Part shown: piece by piece, positions 53,344 through 62,547 of the stretch
Numbering within the stretch: the first letter of the stretch is position 1
How the letters are laid out: every line of letters starts with the position of its first letter
From: an uncultured Acidobacteriota bacterium
GTDB lineage: Bacteria > Acidobacteriota > Vicinamibacteria > Vicinamibacterales > 2-12-FULL-66-21
Assembly: GCA_963750475.1 (NCBI GenBank)
Contig: CAVVQQ010000003.1
Location: 413,698 to 477,697 of the forward strand
Direction of reading: 5' to 3'
DNA length: 64,000 nt
Position numbers and translations under genes: made by a program
Notes under the pieces: generated by a model
Told to the model about the DNA's origin: nothing
The model's database searches: none
The model's input: the letters and a program-made list of their open reading frames with translations, nothing else

Positions 53344-53900
53344 CTACTTGCAGTCCTTAAGTCCAACGAGCCACTCGCGCAGCTTCGGCCGTCGATCAGT
53401 TCCAACTGGTGGGGGAGGTAGGCCCGCAGACGCTCGTCTTTCTTGATCCCAGGCGCGAACTCGCCCGTCGTCATCGCCATCGAAGCGTGGTCCAGTTCGC
53501 GAGTGATCGCGATCGCGCTGACCTCTTCGGCCGTGACTGCGTGTCCCACCTTGTAGTGCTTGATCTGCGCGACGGTCCTGACGCAACCCCGCCGGGCCGT
53601 CGCGATCACGTCGCGACCCTTGTCGCCGCTCCGCTGCGTCAGCACCACCCTGGGCGAGCCGTCGTGCTCGAACGCACCCGCGATGAGTTCTTCAAGCTTG
53701 CGCCAGTGGACCGTCGACCTAAACAGGGGCCGTCTTCCAGAGGTCGGACGATCTCGAACCAAGGGATCGTGACCCCGACCACGAGTTGCCCGGCGTCGGT
53801 CCTGCCGCCAAAGGTGACGACCTCCGCGCCGACCAACACGTCCGGAAGATCTTCCCTCGCAGCCTCGGGAGGCACCTTCGGGGCTGAGCCGATCCCCGTC
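53344..53900 (-). pseudogene. Mrr-like (PD-(D/E)XK) restriction endonuclease, degraded
   Basis: V.IPWFEI, WRKLEELIAGAF, RSGDKGRDVIA, QIKHY, TT..F, LELIDG; frameshifts at both ends and apparent short deletions. Confidence 0.75.
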
Positions 53901-54103
53901 GCCGTGGCTTTACCGCCGATCGTTCCGATCCGGCTCGCGAGTCTCGGATCCCGGCTCAATTCCGCGACGAGGTTCTGCGTCACTGACAGGATTGCGCACT
54001 TCCGGTGATCCGTATCTTGACAGGCGGGGCGCCGATAACGCCGGCCACGAACAGTCTTCGCCAATTCGATGTCGGACCTGGTCCACGCCGACGTTCCTGA
54101 AGT

Positions 54104-54202
54104 CTTGGTTAAGTACTCAAGCTTCTCGCGGGCCCACGCGCCGGAGACCCTGGCGGGGAGGCCGTCGGTCTGCGAGGGCCGGTACTCGCGCCCGCCGCTC
54201 AT
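54104..54202 (-). pseudogene. tcmP: N-terminal stub of three-Cys-motif partner protein TcmP
   Basis: DGLPARVSGAWAREKLEYL resembles the G.W...KL..L..Y start of TcmP; similarity is lost after 33 codons. Confidence 0.6.
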
Positions 54203-54346
54203 CTGGCTTCCAGTGGGATGTTTGGCGTGTGGAGGACACGGCCAGACTGGCCGGGCCAGTTCAACCCTCTTCCAGGCGGGACCACGGAAGGGCGCTCGGG
54301 ACCGCCCCTGCGCCCGGGTTCGACCGCCGGCCGGCCCCTCTAGAGG

Positions 54347-54721
54347 CTAGAGCAGCGACAGGCCGGCCGCGCCGGCGAAGTGGCGGAAGTCCTTGTCGCG
54401 CGTCACCAGGGGAGTGGACTGGTCCAGGCAGCTCTGGGCGATCAGGGCGTCGGCAATCCGGGCCTTCTTCTTTTTCCTCAGCACGGCGGCGCGCAGCACG
54501 CCGGCCCGCTCCCAGAAGCCGGGCTCCAGTTCCAGGATGGGCAGCCCCGCCAGCAGCGCGCGGACCGTTCGCGGCAGGGCTGGGTCGCTCAAGAGCTCGG
54601 TCAGCACTACCGGCGGCAGCACGAGCTGCTGATGGTCGAGCGCCGACTGGATCAGGTCCGCGTCCTCGCCGGCATCCCCCTGCAGGAAGGCCACCATCGA
54701 GCTGGTGTCGGCGGCAATCAC
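54347..54721 (-). CDS. vapC: PIN-domain toxin VapC
   Basis: DTSS, VLTELL, DALIAQ and LVTRDKDF acidic PIN motifs; 124 aa. Confidence 0.92.
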   Translation of the reverse strand: MIAADTSSMVAFLQGDAGEDADLIQSALDHQQLVLPPVVLTELLSDPALPRTVRALLAGLPILELEPGFWERAGVLRAAVLRKKKKARIADALIAQSCLDQSTPLVTRDKDFRHFAGAAGLSLL

Positions 54722-54921
54722 GCGCGGTCGTCCCGAAGTGCCGCCAGATCGACAGAAAATCTGACGGCGCCGCGGAGCTTCGCGACGCGGCGGAACGTCT
54801 CGCCGGCCGCGACCAGCCGCAGGCCCTGGCGAACTGTCTCCGTAATGCCTTGGCCCGTCGCCTGCTGGGCGCGCTCCAGCAGGTCGTCGGGGAGATGGAC
54901 CGTGACCTTGCGGTTCAGCAT
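54718..54921 (-). CDS. vapB: VapB-like antitoxin (ribbon-helix-helix type)
   Basis: 67 aa, KVTVHLPDDLL...ITETVRQGL; ATGA overlap with vapC. Confidence 0.85.
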   Translation of the reverse strand: MLNRKVTVHLPDDLLERAQQATGQGITETVRQGLRLVAAGETFRRVAKLRGAVRFSVDLAALRDDRA

Positions 54922-54927
54922 GGGAAC

Positions 54928-54952
54928 ATTATACCAGCATCCATGCTGGTAT
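54928..54952 (-). promoter_or_regulatory. vapBC extended -10 promoter and operator palindrome
   Basis: Perfect inverted repeat ATACCAGCAT-CC-ATGCTGGTAT (54931-54952) overlapping minus-strand TGGTATAAT, 6 nt before the ATG. Confidence 0.85.
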
Positions 54953-55027
54953 GCATTACGGCAGTAACCTCGTAACCTCGTTGGCGCCGTGGGCGGTCCG
55001 GCACAGCGACCGACGCTGGCGTCGGTG

Positions 55028-55948
55028 TCAGTGGCGGTCAGGGCTGCGCCGTTGCTCTTTCCGCCGCTCCATGTCTGCCACGGTCTTCGGCCAGTCCTGG
55101 CGCAGCAGGCGGGCGAGTGCGCGATCCGAGAGGAGCCGGCCGCCCGTCTGGCACGTCGCGCAGTAGTTGGCTTCGTTGCGGGCGTAGACGATGCGCTGGA
55201 CTGGTGCGCTGCAGACCGGACAGGGCTTGCCAAACCGGCCATGGACCGCCATGCCGTCGCGGAATGCCGTGACCTTCTCCGGAAACGCTCCCGCCGCCTC
55301 CTCGCGCAGCCGTGCGATCCAGTGCTCGAGGGTCTCGACAGCGGCCCGGTGGAGGCGCGCGATCGCGGGATCGCGGAGACTCGCGGTCAGCGCCAGCGGC
55401 GACAGCCGGGCGGCGTGAAGGATTTCGTCGGAGTAGGCGTTGCCGATGCCGCTGAAGATGTGCGGGTCGGTGAGGGCGCGTTTGAGCGTGTGGTTCTCGC
55501 GCCCCAGCCGCTCGGCAAACGCCGCCGGCGTGGCATCGAGGACTTCCAGGCCGCCCGGATCGAGCATCGCAAGATTGTCGGCGCCGGCCATGACGTGCAG
55601 CGACGCCTGCCGCCGCGATCCCGCCTCGGTCAGGATCGCCGTGCCGGTCGGGAAGTCGAACGCCGCCAGTCCGGCCTTGCCGGGAAGCGCCGCGCCGCGG
55701 TCGCGCCAGCGGAGACGCCCGGCAATCATCAGATGCAGGACCAGAAACAGCCCGCCTTCCATGGCGAAGACGATCCGCTTCCCGAGGCGGCGCAGTTCGA
55801 CGACGCGGCGGCCGGCGGCGTCGCTGACGGGTGGCGCCGGGGTTCGCACCAGAAACGGGCTGCCGATGCGGACCCGCTCCAGTGGCTGATGCAGCACCCG
55901 CGGCGCCAGCGCCTCGAGATAGACGACGATGTCGGGGAGCTCCGGCAC
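55028..55948 (-). CDS. Fpg/Nei family DNA glycosylase/AP lyase
   Basis: N-terminal PELPD, R.GK, HLMIAGR, H2TH GIGNAYSDEIL, C-terminal CPVC...CATCQ zinc finger. Confidence 0.93.
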   Translation of the reverse strand: MPELPDIVVYLEALAPRVLHQPLERVRIGSPFLVRTPAPPVSDAAGRRVVELRRLGKRIVFAMEGGLFLVLHLMIAGRLRWRDRGAALPGKAGLAAFDFPTGTAILTEAGSRRQASLHVMAGADNLAMLDPGGLEVLDATPAAFAERLGRENHTLKRALTDPHIFSGIGNAYSDEILHAARLSPLALTASLRDPAIARLHRAAVETLEHWIARLREEAAGAFPEKVTAFRDGMAVHGRFGKPCPVCSAPVQRIVYARNEANYCATCQTGGRLLSDRALARLLRQDWPKTVADMERRKEQRRSPDRH

Positions 55949-56173
55949 GCCCGCTACTCTATCCGACCGCTCCCGGGCCGGCCGCCCTGGCGCCCGGCGG
56001 CGTCGGCAAACACCCCGGTCAGGCCAGGTCCCGAGGACCTTGATTGGTTCTCCAACAATTCAGGCGGTGCGCGGCTGTGCGCTTGTGTTCCGCCCCGAAC
56101 TGCTCCAGGATCGGATCAGCTGTGGACCCGGTCCGCACTCGTGGGCGCTGCCGCTCCCGCCAGAGGAGGAAGC

Positions 56174-57004
56174 ATGCCGGACATCTTTGACTACGAGCTG
56201 GAGAAGACTGCGGAGGAGCCGCCGCCGGCACGGCCACGATCGGCGCTGGTCTGGATTCTGGTCCTCCTGTTTCTCGGCGCCGCCGCGGTGGCGGTCTACG
56301 TCGTCCTCAGCCGGCGCTCGGCGCCGCCGGCCCGGGTCGTGTCGAAGAGCGTCACGGCCCCGGCGGCGTCCCAGCCGCTCGGCAGCGCGCCAGGTTCGCT
56401 CGTCCTGCCGCCTCTTGGCGAGACCGACGCGCTGGTTCGCGAGCTGGTGCGGCGGCTCTCATCACACCCGAAGGTCGCGGCCTGGCTGGCCACCGACGGC
56501 CTCGTGCGCCGGTTCGCGATCGACGTCAGCAACGTCGCCGACGGGCGGACGCCGGCACGCCAGCTGCCGATGCTTCGTCCGGCGACAGGCTTTGCCGTGG
56601 TCGAGAAGCCCGACGGTCCGATCGTCGACCCGCGCAGCTACGCCCGCTACGACAGCCTGGCCGAGGCGGCGGCGTCCCTCGATGCCGCCGGCATCGCGCA
56701 GCTCTACGGCACGCTCAAGCCGCGGATCGAAGAGGCGGCGCACGAGCTCGGCGATGCGCCGTTCGACAGCACGCTCGAACGCACCCTCGTCCAGCTGCTG
56801 CGGACCCCGATCGTCGAGGATCCGATCCGCCTGCAGCCGAAGGGTGCCGGCTACGCGTTTGCCGACCCGCGCCTCGAGAGCCTGACCGCCGCGCAGAAGC
56901 AGCTGCTGCGGATGGGGGCCGGCAATGTCCGCCAGATCAAGTCCTCGCTGCGGGCCGTGGCGCTGGCGCTGGGCATCCCGGCGGAGCGCCTGCCGCCGCC
57001 ATAG
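56174..57004 (+). CDS. DUF3014 family membrane-anchored protein
   Basis: GAGGAGG SD; TM, LPPL..TD, SYARYD, LY..LKP, Y.FADP.LE.L..AQKQLLRMG..N. Confidence 0.85.
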   Translation: MPDIFDYELEKTAEEPPPARPRSALVWILVLLFLGAAAVAVYVVLSRRSAPPARVVSKSVTAPAASQPLGSAPGSLVLPPLGETDALVRELVRRLSSHPKVAAWLATDGLVRRFAIDVSNVADGRTPARQLPMLRPATGFAVVEKPDGPIVDPRSYARYDSLAEAAASLDAAGIAQLYGTLKPRIEEAAHELGDAPFDSTLERTLVQLLRTPIVEDPIRLQPKGAGYAFADPRLESLTAAQKQLLRMGAGNVRQIKSSLRAVALALGIPAERLPPP

Positions 57005-57089
57005 CCGTTACCGGGCGCGAGCCGGCGTCGCGCGCTGCGCGGCCAACCCACCCTTCTCGTCGACCTCGTGGAAGCGAGGATCGAGGCCG

Positions 57090-58712
57090 TCAGCCGGTCG
57101 TGCCGTAGTCCTTGAGCTTGCGGAACAGCGTCGCCGCGCCGATGCCAAGGACCGCCGCGGCCTTCGTGCGGTTGCCGCCGACGCTCTCGAGCACGTGCAG
57201 GATATGGGCGCGCTCGACCTCGGCGAGACGCTGCGGCGCCGCCGGGTCGGCGTTCGAGCCAACCCGGCGCACGTCCTCCGGCAGATCCTCGACCTCGATC
57301 CGGTCGCCGCGGGCGAGGACGATCGCGCGTTCGATGACGTTCTGCAGCTCGCGCACGTTCCCCGGCCAGGTCCACTGCATCAGCATGTCGGCGGCGCGCG
57401 GAGCGAACGCCGCGACCGGAAGATGGAGCCGCGACGCCGTTTCCGTCAGAAACCGGCGGGCGAGCGGGAGGATGTCGTCGCGCCGCTCGCGCAGCGCTGG
57501 AATATGGATCTCGATGACGCGAAGCCGATAGTAGAGATCCTGGCGGAACCGGCCGGCGGCGACCTCCGCCGCGAGGTCCCGGTGGGTGGCCGCCAGAACC
57601 CGCACGTCCACCTTCCGCGACCGGTTCTCGCCGACGCGGCGGATCTCCCGCTCCTGGAGGACGCGCAGCAGCTTGACCTGCATGCCGAGCGGCACGTCGC
57701 CAATCTCATCGAGGAGCAGCGTGCCGTGATTGGCGGCCTCGAAGAGGCCGACCCGATCCTGCGATGCGCCGGTGAACGCACCCCGCACATGTCCGAACAA
57801 CTCGCTCTCCATCAGCGCTTCGGGGACCGCGGCGCAGTTGACGGCCAGGAAGGGGCGGGTGGCGCGGCCGGAGTCGTCGTGAATCAGCCGGGCCAGCGCT
57901 TCCTTGCCGACGCCGCTCTCGCCCGACACGAGCACCGATGAATCGACGCGGGCGACGCGGCGGGCCTCGTCGAGCACCCGCTGCATGGCCTCGCTCTGCG
58001 CGACGATGCCGGTCTGCCGCTCCTCGACGTCGACGCGCGCCAGTTCGCGGCGGCGAAGAGTCAGTCGGCGCTCGGTCAGTTTCAGGAGATCGGTCACCTG
58101 GCGGAGCGTCTCGTCGAGGCATTCCCGCCCAAAGAACGCCAGCTCTCCCTTGACGTCGTCGCCCCAGTCCGCGGCGGTGCGGCCGGCCATGAGACAGAAG
58201 GCATCGCCGCGAGCGCGGCATTTCTCCTCGATGCAGTAGACGGGCTGGCCGACGGAGCAACTGAGATAGCCGCTCGCAAATCCGCAGAGCGTCCAGCAGA
58301 CCGGCTGCTCCGATGGGCCGAGGTGGAGCAGGTGCTCCTCGGCCTCGTAGGAGTCGTGCCACACCGACTGGGCGAAGTGCCGCGGCGCGGCGCCGGCCGG
58401 GCGGTCGACCGGCTCGTACCGCAGAAAGCCCTGCAGCTGGTGCAGCCGCCCGCCGGCCAGCATCCATTCGCGTTCAGAGTCCCAGTTGAAGGTGGTCTTC
58501 AGCGTCGCCGCCGTGCGCCAGCCGTGGGCGTAGCCAAAACGCGTGAGCACGCCGCGGGCGGCCGCCGCGCCCATGGTTTCCACCAGCTCCCGCCGCAGCA
58601 GTCCCATCGCGACCGTGTTGAGCAGGATTGCCCGATCCCCGGCAAAGCGGATGACGCCCCCCTTGGGGTCGAACTCGAGCAGTTCCCGAAGGTCGAGGTC
58701 GCGAGCGCGCAT
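57090..58712 (-). CDS. XylR/DmpR-type sigma-54 activator (XylR_N + V4R + AAA+ + Fis HTH)
   Basis: [24 protein letters not shown]...[32 protein letters not shown]. Confidence 0.93.
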   Translation of the reverse strand: MRARDLDLRELLEFDPKGGVIRFAGDRAILLNTVAMGLLRRELVETMGAAAARGVLTRFGYAHGWRTAATLKTTFNWDSEREWMLAGGRLHQLQGFLRYEPVDRPAGAAPRHFAQSVWHDSYEAEEHLLHLGPSEQPVCWTLCGFASGYLSCSVGQPVYCIEEKCRARGDAFCLMAGRTAADWGDDVKGELAFFGRECLDETLRQVTDLLKLTERRLTLRRRELARVDVEERQTGIVAQSEAMQRVLDEARRVARVDSSVLVSGESGVGKEALARLIHDDSGRATRPFLAVNCAAVPEALMESELFGHVRGAFTGASQDRVGLFEAANHGTLLLDEIGDVPLGMQVKLLRVLQEREIRRVGENRSRKVDVRVLAATHRDLAAEVAAGRFRQDLYYRLRVIEIHIPALRERRDDILPLARRFLTETASRLHLPVAAFAPRAADMLMQWTWPGNVRELQNVIERAIVLARGDRIEVEDLPEDVRRVGSNADPAAPQRLAEVERAHILHVLESVGGNRTKAAAVLGIGAATLFRKLKDYGTTG

Positions 58713-58722
58713 GGTGGAGGCC

Positions 58723-58834
58723 TCTCAGTATGAGATAGCGAGTCTATCAAAATGATGCAAACCGCTGGATCGCCTGATGGGTTGTCCTTTGGAATCAGTT
58801 ACTTACGGTGTGCCAGATTGGCTGTGGGGTTGCA
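58723..58834 (+). promoter_or_regulatory. sigma-54 promoter with two enhancer palindromes and an IHF site
   Basis: TCTCAGTATGAGA (58723-58735), TATCAAAATGATG (58745-58757), IHF-like AATCAGTTACTTA (58793-58805), TGGCTGTGGGGTTGCA GG-N10-GC (58819-58834). Confidence 0.8.
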
Positions 58835-58916
58835 CCTTCTCCAAGCGTGCGGTCGTCAGATGGGCGGCCGCCAGGCAGAGTCTGAAGAGTTTCACGATTT
58901 CAACGAGGAGAGTTCC

Positions 58917-59471
58917 ATGACCACCACCGCTACCGCCACACCGACCGCCAGCCGCACCTACCAGATCGACCAAGCGCATTCCGAAGTGCTCTTTCAGGTC
59001 CGTCATCTGCTGACGAAAGTACGCGGCCGTTTCTCGGACTTCTCCGGTGCAATCGCGTTCGACCCGTCGGCGCCGGAGCGTTCGACCGTGGCGCTGACGA
59101 TCCGCGCCGCAAGCATCGACACCAATCAGGCCGATCGCGACACGCATCTGCGTTCGGACGACTTCTTCAGCGTCGAACGTTTCCCGACGCTGACCTTCAC
59201 CAGCACCGCGGTGACCGCGCGGGGCGACGGGCAGTATGACGTCGCCGGCGAACTCTCGATCCGTGGCGTCACCAAACCGGTCGTGCTGCCGGTCACCTAT
59301 CTGGGCATTGCCAAGGATCCCTGGGGCAACGAGAAGCTGGCGTTCGAGACCGAGATCGTCCTCAATCGGAAGGATTACGGGCTCACCTGGAATGCCGCGC
59401 TCGAGACGGGCGGATTCCTCGTTGGCGACGACGTGCGGGTGACCGCGTCGATTCAGGCGCAGGCGCAGTAA
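58917..59471 (+). CDS. yceI: YceI family lipid/polyisoprenoid-binding protein
   Basis: ID.AHSEV.F.VRH, SIDT...RDTHLRSDDFF, DPWG, R.DYGL.WN; GAGGAG SD; no signal peptide. Confidence 0.93.
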   Translation: MTTTATATPTASRTYQIDQAHSEVLFQVRHLLTKVRGRFSDFSGAIAFDPSAPERSTVALTIRAASIDTNQADRDTHLRSDDFFSVERFPTLTFTSTAVTARGDGQYDVAGELSIRGVTKPVVLPVTYLGIAKDPWGNEKLAFETEIVLNRKDYGLTWNAALETGGFLVGDDVRVTASIQAQAQ

Positions 59472-59688
59472 CGGCGACTGGGGAGCCCTGCACCCGACGC
59501 CGATGAGCCGGGTTCTCCCGCCTCCGCCATCCCTTTAAGTTTCCGGCTGTCGGAATGTTTTCCCTGGAAACGACAGCTCAGCATTCGCCGACGCGGCGAA
59601 CGCGCGCCGCGGCTGTGGCGCGAGTTGTGCTCGACGCTCTTGCGCTCGAACCCGGGATCCGCAATCCACAGAATTCCGTGGAGGCGCC

Positions 59689-61254
59689 ATGCACGGCCCC
59701 CTTCGAATCGCCATCGGGACCTTCGTCGCCTGCGGCGCCGCGGCGGCGACGCTGTCGTCACAATCTCCCATCGGACGCGAAGTGGCGGTGGCGCACCACC
59801 TCGCGGATGGGCAGGAATATGTCCTGCCGCTCAAGGAGCTCCTCGCTCACGGCCGCAAACTGTTCAGCGCCGTCTGGACGATCGAGGAGGGGGGCGGACG
59901 GCCGGGGACGAAAGGCACGGGCGCGCCGCTCTCCAACGCGCTCAGTCCGCTGGTCTTTCCCCGCAACTTCAACCGCATCTCGGCTCCCGACGCCAACTCC
60001 TGCGCCGGCTGCCACAATCTTCCGATCGTCGGCGGTGGCGGTGACATCGTCGCCAATGTCTTCGTCCTCGGTCAGCGGTTCGACTTCGCGACGTTCGACG
60101 GCAACGAGACCCTCGCGGATCAGGGCGCCGTCGACGAATCCGGCCTCCCGGTGACGTTCCAGTCGATCGCCGACTCACGGGCGACGCTGGGTATGTCGGG
60201 ATCGGGCTTCATCGAGATGCTGGCCCGGGAGATGACGGCCGATCTCCAGGCGATTCGCGACGCCACGCCGTCGGGCGGCACCAGGGCGCTCCTGACCAAA
60301 GGCGTGTCGTTCGGCCGGATCACGAGACTTCTGAACGGCGCGTGGGATGTCTCGCGCGTCGAGGGACTGGTCGCGCCGAGCCTGCAAACCGCCGGCGGTG
60401 CTCCCCCGAGCTTGATCATTCGCCCCTTCCATCAGGCGAGCAACGTGATTTCCCTCCGCCAGTTCACCAACAACGCCTTCAATCATCATCACGGCATCCA
60501 GTCGACCGAGCGGTTCGGGACGAACGCGGATCCGGACGGCGACGGCTTCGTCAACGAACTGACCCGGGCCGACGTCACCGCCGTGACGCTGTTCCAGGCC
60601 GTGATGGCGGTCCCGGGGCGCGTCATCCCGAACGACCCGGAGATCGAGGCGGCGGTCCTGCTCGGTGAGCAGAGGTTCGCGCAGTCCGGCTGCACCTCGT
60701 GCCACATTCCCAGCCTGCCGCTCTCCCGGCAGGGGGCGGTGTTCACCGAACCGAGCCCCTACAACCCGGCCGGCAATCTGCAGCCGGGCGACGCGCCGCG
60801 CCTCGGCGTCGACCTGCTGCGGGACGATCTGCCGGCGCCGCGGCTGCGCGCCGCGGGGGGCGTCGTCTCGGTGCCGGCATTCACCGATCTCAAGGTGCAC
60901 AACATCTGCGACGGGCCGGACGATCCGAATCGCGAGCGGCTCGACATGAATGCGCCGGCGGGCGCCCCCGGATTCTTTGCCGGCAACGAACGCTTCATCA
61001 CGCGGAAGCTGTGGGGAGCGGCCAACGAGCCGCCGTTCTTCCATCACGGCCTGTTCACGACGCTGCGGCAGGCCGTCCATGCGCATGCCGGTGAAGCGCT
61101 GGCGTCGCGGCAGGCATTCCAGGCGCTGCCGGCCTACGAACAGGATGCGGTGATCGAATTCCTGAAGACGCTCCAGGTCCTGCCGCCCGGCACGCAGAGC
61201 CTGGTCGTGGATGAGAACGGCAGGAAGAAGCACTGGCCGCCCCGGCCCGAATAA
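59689..61254 (+). CDS. Di-heme oxidoreductase (DHOR/DUF1111, putative thiol oxidoreductase)
   Basis: Signal peptide; CAGCH and CTSCH heme-c motifs; FTDLK.H, T..LWG, HHG...TL..A..AH.GEA. Confidence 0.85.
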   Translation: MHGPLRIAIGTFVACGAAAATLSSQSPIGREVAVAHHLADGQEYVLPLKELLAHGRKLFSAVWTIEEGGGRPGTKGTGAPLSNALSPLVFPRNFNRISAPDANSCAGCHNLPIVGGGGDIVANVFVLGQRFDFATFDGNETLADQGAVDESGLPVTFQSIADSRATLGMSGSGFIEMLAREMTADLQAIRDATPSGGTRALLTKGVSFGRITRLLNGAWDVSRVEGLVAPSLQTAGGAPPSLIIRPFHQASNVISLRQFTNNAFNHHHGIQSTERFGTNADPDGDGFVNELTRADVTAVTLFQAVMAVPGRVIPNDPEIEAAVLLGEQRFAQSGCTSCHIPSLPLSRQGAVFTEPSPYNPAGNLQPGDAPRLGVDLLRDDLPAPRLRAAGGVVSVPAFTDLKVHNICDGPDDPNRERLDMNAPAGAPGFFAGNERFITRKLWGAANEPPFFHHGLFTTLRQAVHAHAGEALASRQAFQALPAYEQDAVIEFLKTLQVLPPGTQSLVVDENGRKKHWPPRPE

Positions 61255-61296
61255 CCGGCCGCCGGGCGCCCGGCGTCGCAACGGAAGGGAGTTCAC

Positions 61297-61875
61297 ATGA
61301 GAACCTCGATTCGCGTTCTGGTGGCGGCGGGATGCGTCGTTTGGGGTCTGTCGGCCGTGGCGGCCGCCGGACCGGTGACGTATCAGACCACCAATCTGTT
61401 TCGCGCCGGCAATCCGGCCGTCTTCATGCCCGGGGCCGCAACGCTCTACCGGAGCAGGCAGGACCTCGAGCTGCGAGTGGCCGCCGGCGGTCTGGCGATG
61501 CACACCTCCTACACGGTGTGGTGGGTCGTCTTCAACAATCCTGCCGCCTGCGCGGCAAGCTGCGGGGCGACCGACCTCGAAAATCCCGCGGTCCGCGCGG
61601 CGGTGTTCTACGCCGCCGGCTTCGTCACCGGGGCGGGGGACTCGGGCAACGTCTCCGCCCACGTCACCGCCGGTAACCTGCCCGCCGGCGTCGCCGTCGA
61701 ATCCGGCTTCGGACTCGAGCACGGCAACGGCTTCGGCGCCGAAGTACACGTTGTGATCCGCAGCCACGGCCTGACGAATCCGGGGATGGTGGCCCAGCAG
61801 ATTGCCTCATTCGGTGGTGGTTGCAACCCCACCTGCGCGAACGTCCAGGCGGGTGTGTTCCCCGCCCTGCGGTAG
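61297..61875 (+). CDS. Secreted hypothetical protein
   Basis: SD plus signal peptide; YTVWWVVFNNP..C...C, EVHVVIRSHG, second Cys pair at the C-terminus. Confidence 0.75.
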   Translation: MRTSIRVLVAAGCVVWGLSAVAAAGPVTYQTTNLFRAGNPAVFMPGAATLYRSRQDLELRVAAGGLAMHTSYTVWWVVFNNPAACAASCGATDLENPAVRAAVFYAAGFVTGAGDSGNVSAHVTAGNLPAGVAVESGFGLEHGNGFGAEVHVVIRSHGLTNPGMVAQQIASFGGGCNPTCANVQAGVFPALR

Positions 61876-62015
61876 CGGTCCGGGCGATATCGGGTCACGC
61901 GCGTCGAGGTCAGAGAGAGATGCCGCGGGCTCTTTCTCTGCCTCGATTCGCGCCCCGTGCCGTCCGCCGCACGCGGCGGCGCACCCGGCACGATGCCAGG
62001 CGTATCATACGGACC

Positions 62016-62459
62016 ATGAGGCTCGTCACCCCACTGCTCGTCCTGGCCGCGATCGCCGGCTCCGTTCCGCTCCAATCGCCCGTGGCTCCAGTGGCCGCGG
62101 CGCGCCTGCACTCGACCGTCATCGACTGGCGGGAGCTTGCGGCGGTGCAAACGCCAACCGGTGAACGCCGGATTGCCTTCGACGCGCCCACTGCGACGCT
62201 CGATCGTCTGCACGGTCACATCACCACGCTCAACCCGGGCCAGAACACCGGCGCGCTGCACCGCCATCCCCAGGAGGAGCTCATCCTGGTCAGGGAAGGC
62301 ACCCTCGAAGTCAATATCGATGGCCGGCGCCAGGTCGCATCCCCGGGCGCGCTGATTTTCTTTGCCGTCAACGAGAACGAAAACCTGACCAACATCGGCA
62401 CGACGCCTGCCACCTACGTCGTGCTGCAGTGGTACACGCCGCTGACGCCGAAAGAATGA
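62016..62459 (+). CDS. Cupin domain protein with signal peptide
   Basis: HITTLNPG...H.HPQEE...EGTLEV..DG cupin motif. Confidence 0.85.
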   Translation: MRLVTPLLVLAAIAGSVPLQSPVAPVAAARLHSTVIDWRELAAVQTPTGERRIAFDAPTATLDRLHGHITTLNPGQNTGALHRHPQEELILVREGTLEVNIDGRRQVASPGALIFFAVNENENLTNIGTTPATYVVLQWYTPLTPKE

Positions 62460-62547
62460 CGGCCGGCCCGGGCGGCGACGCCGCGCTGCCGCTATACTTT
62501 CGTGGACGCGAGGGGGACCGGTCCCTGAATCGTCGGCCCCCAGCACC

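Noticed and set aside
52100-54340. Integron cassette array or prophage remnant
   Set aside because: No attC-like RYYYAAC...GTTRRRY palindromes, integrase or phage structural genes found
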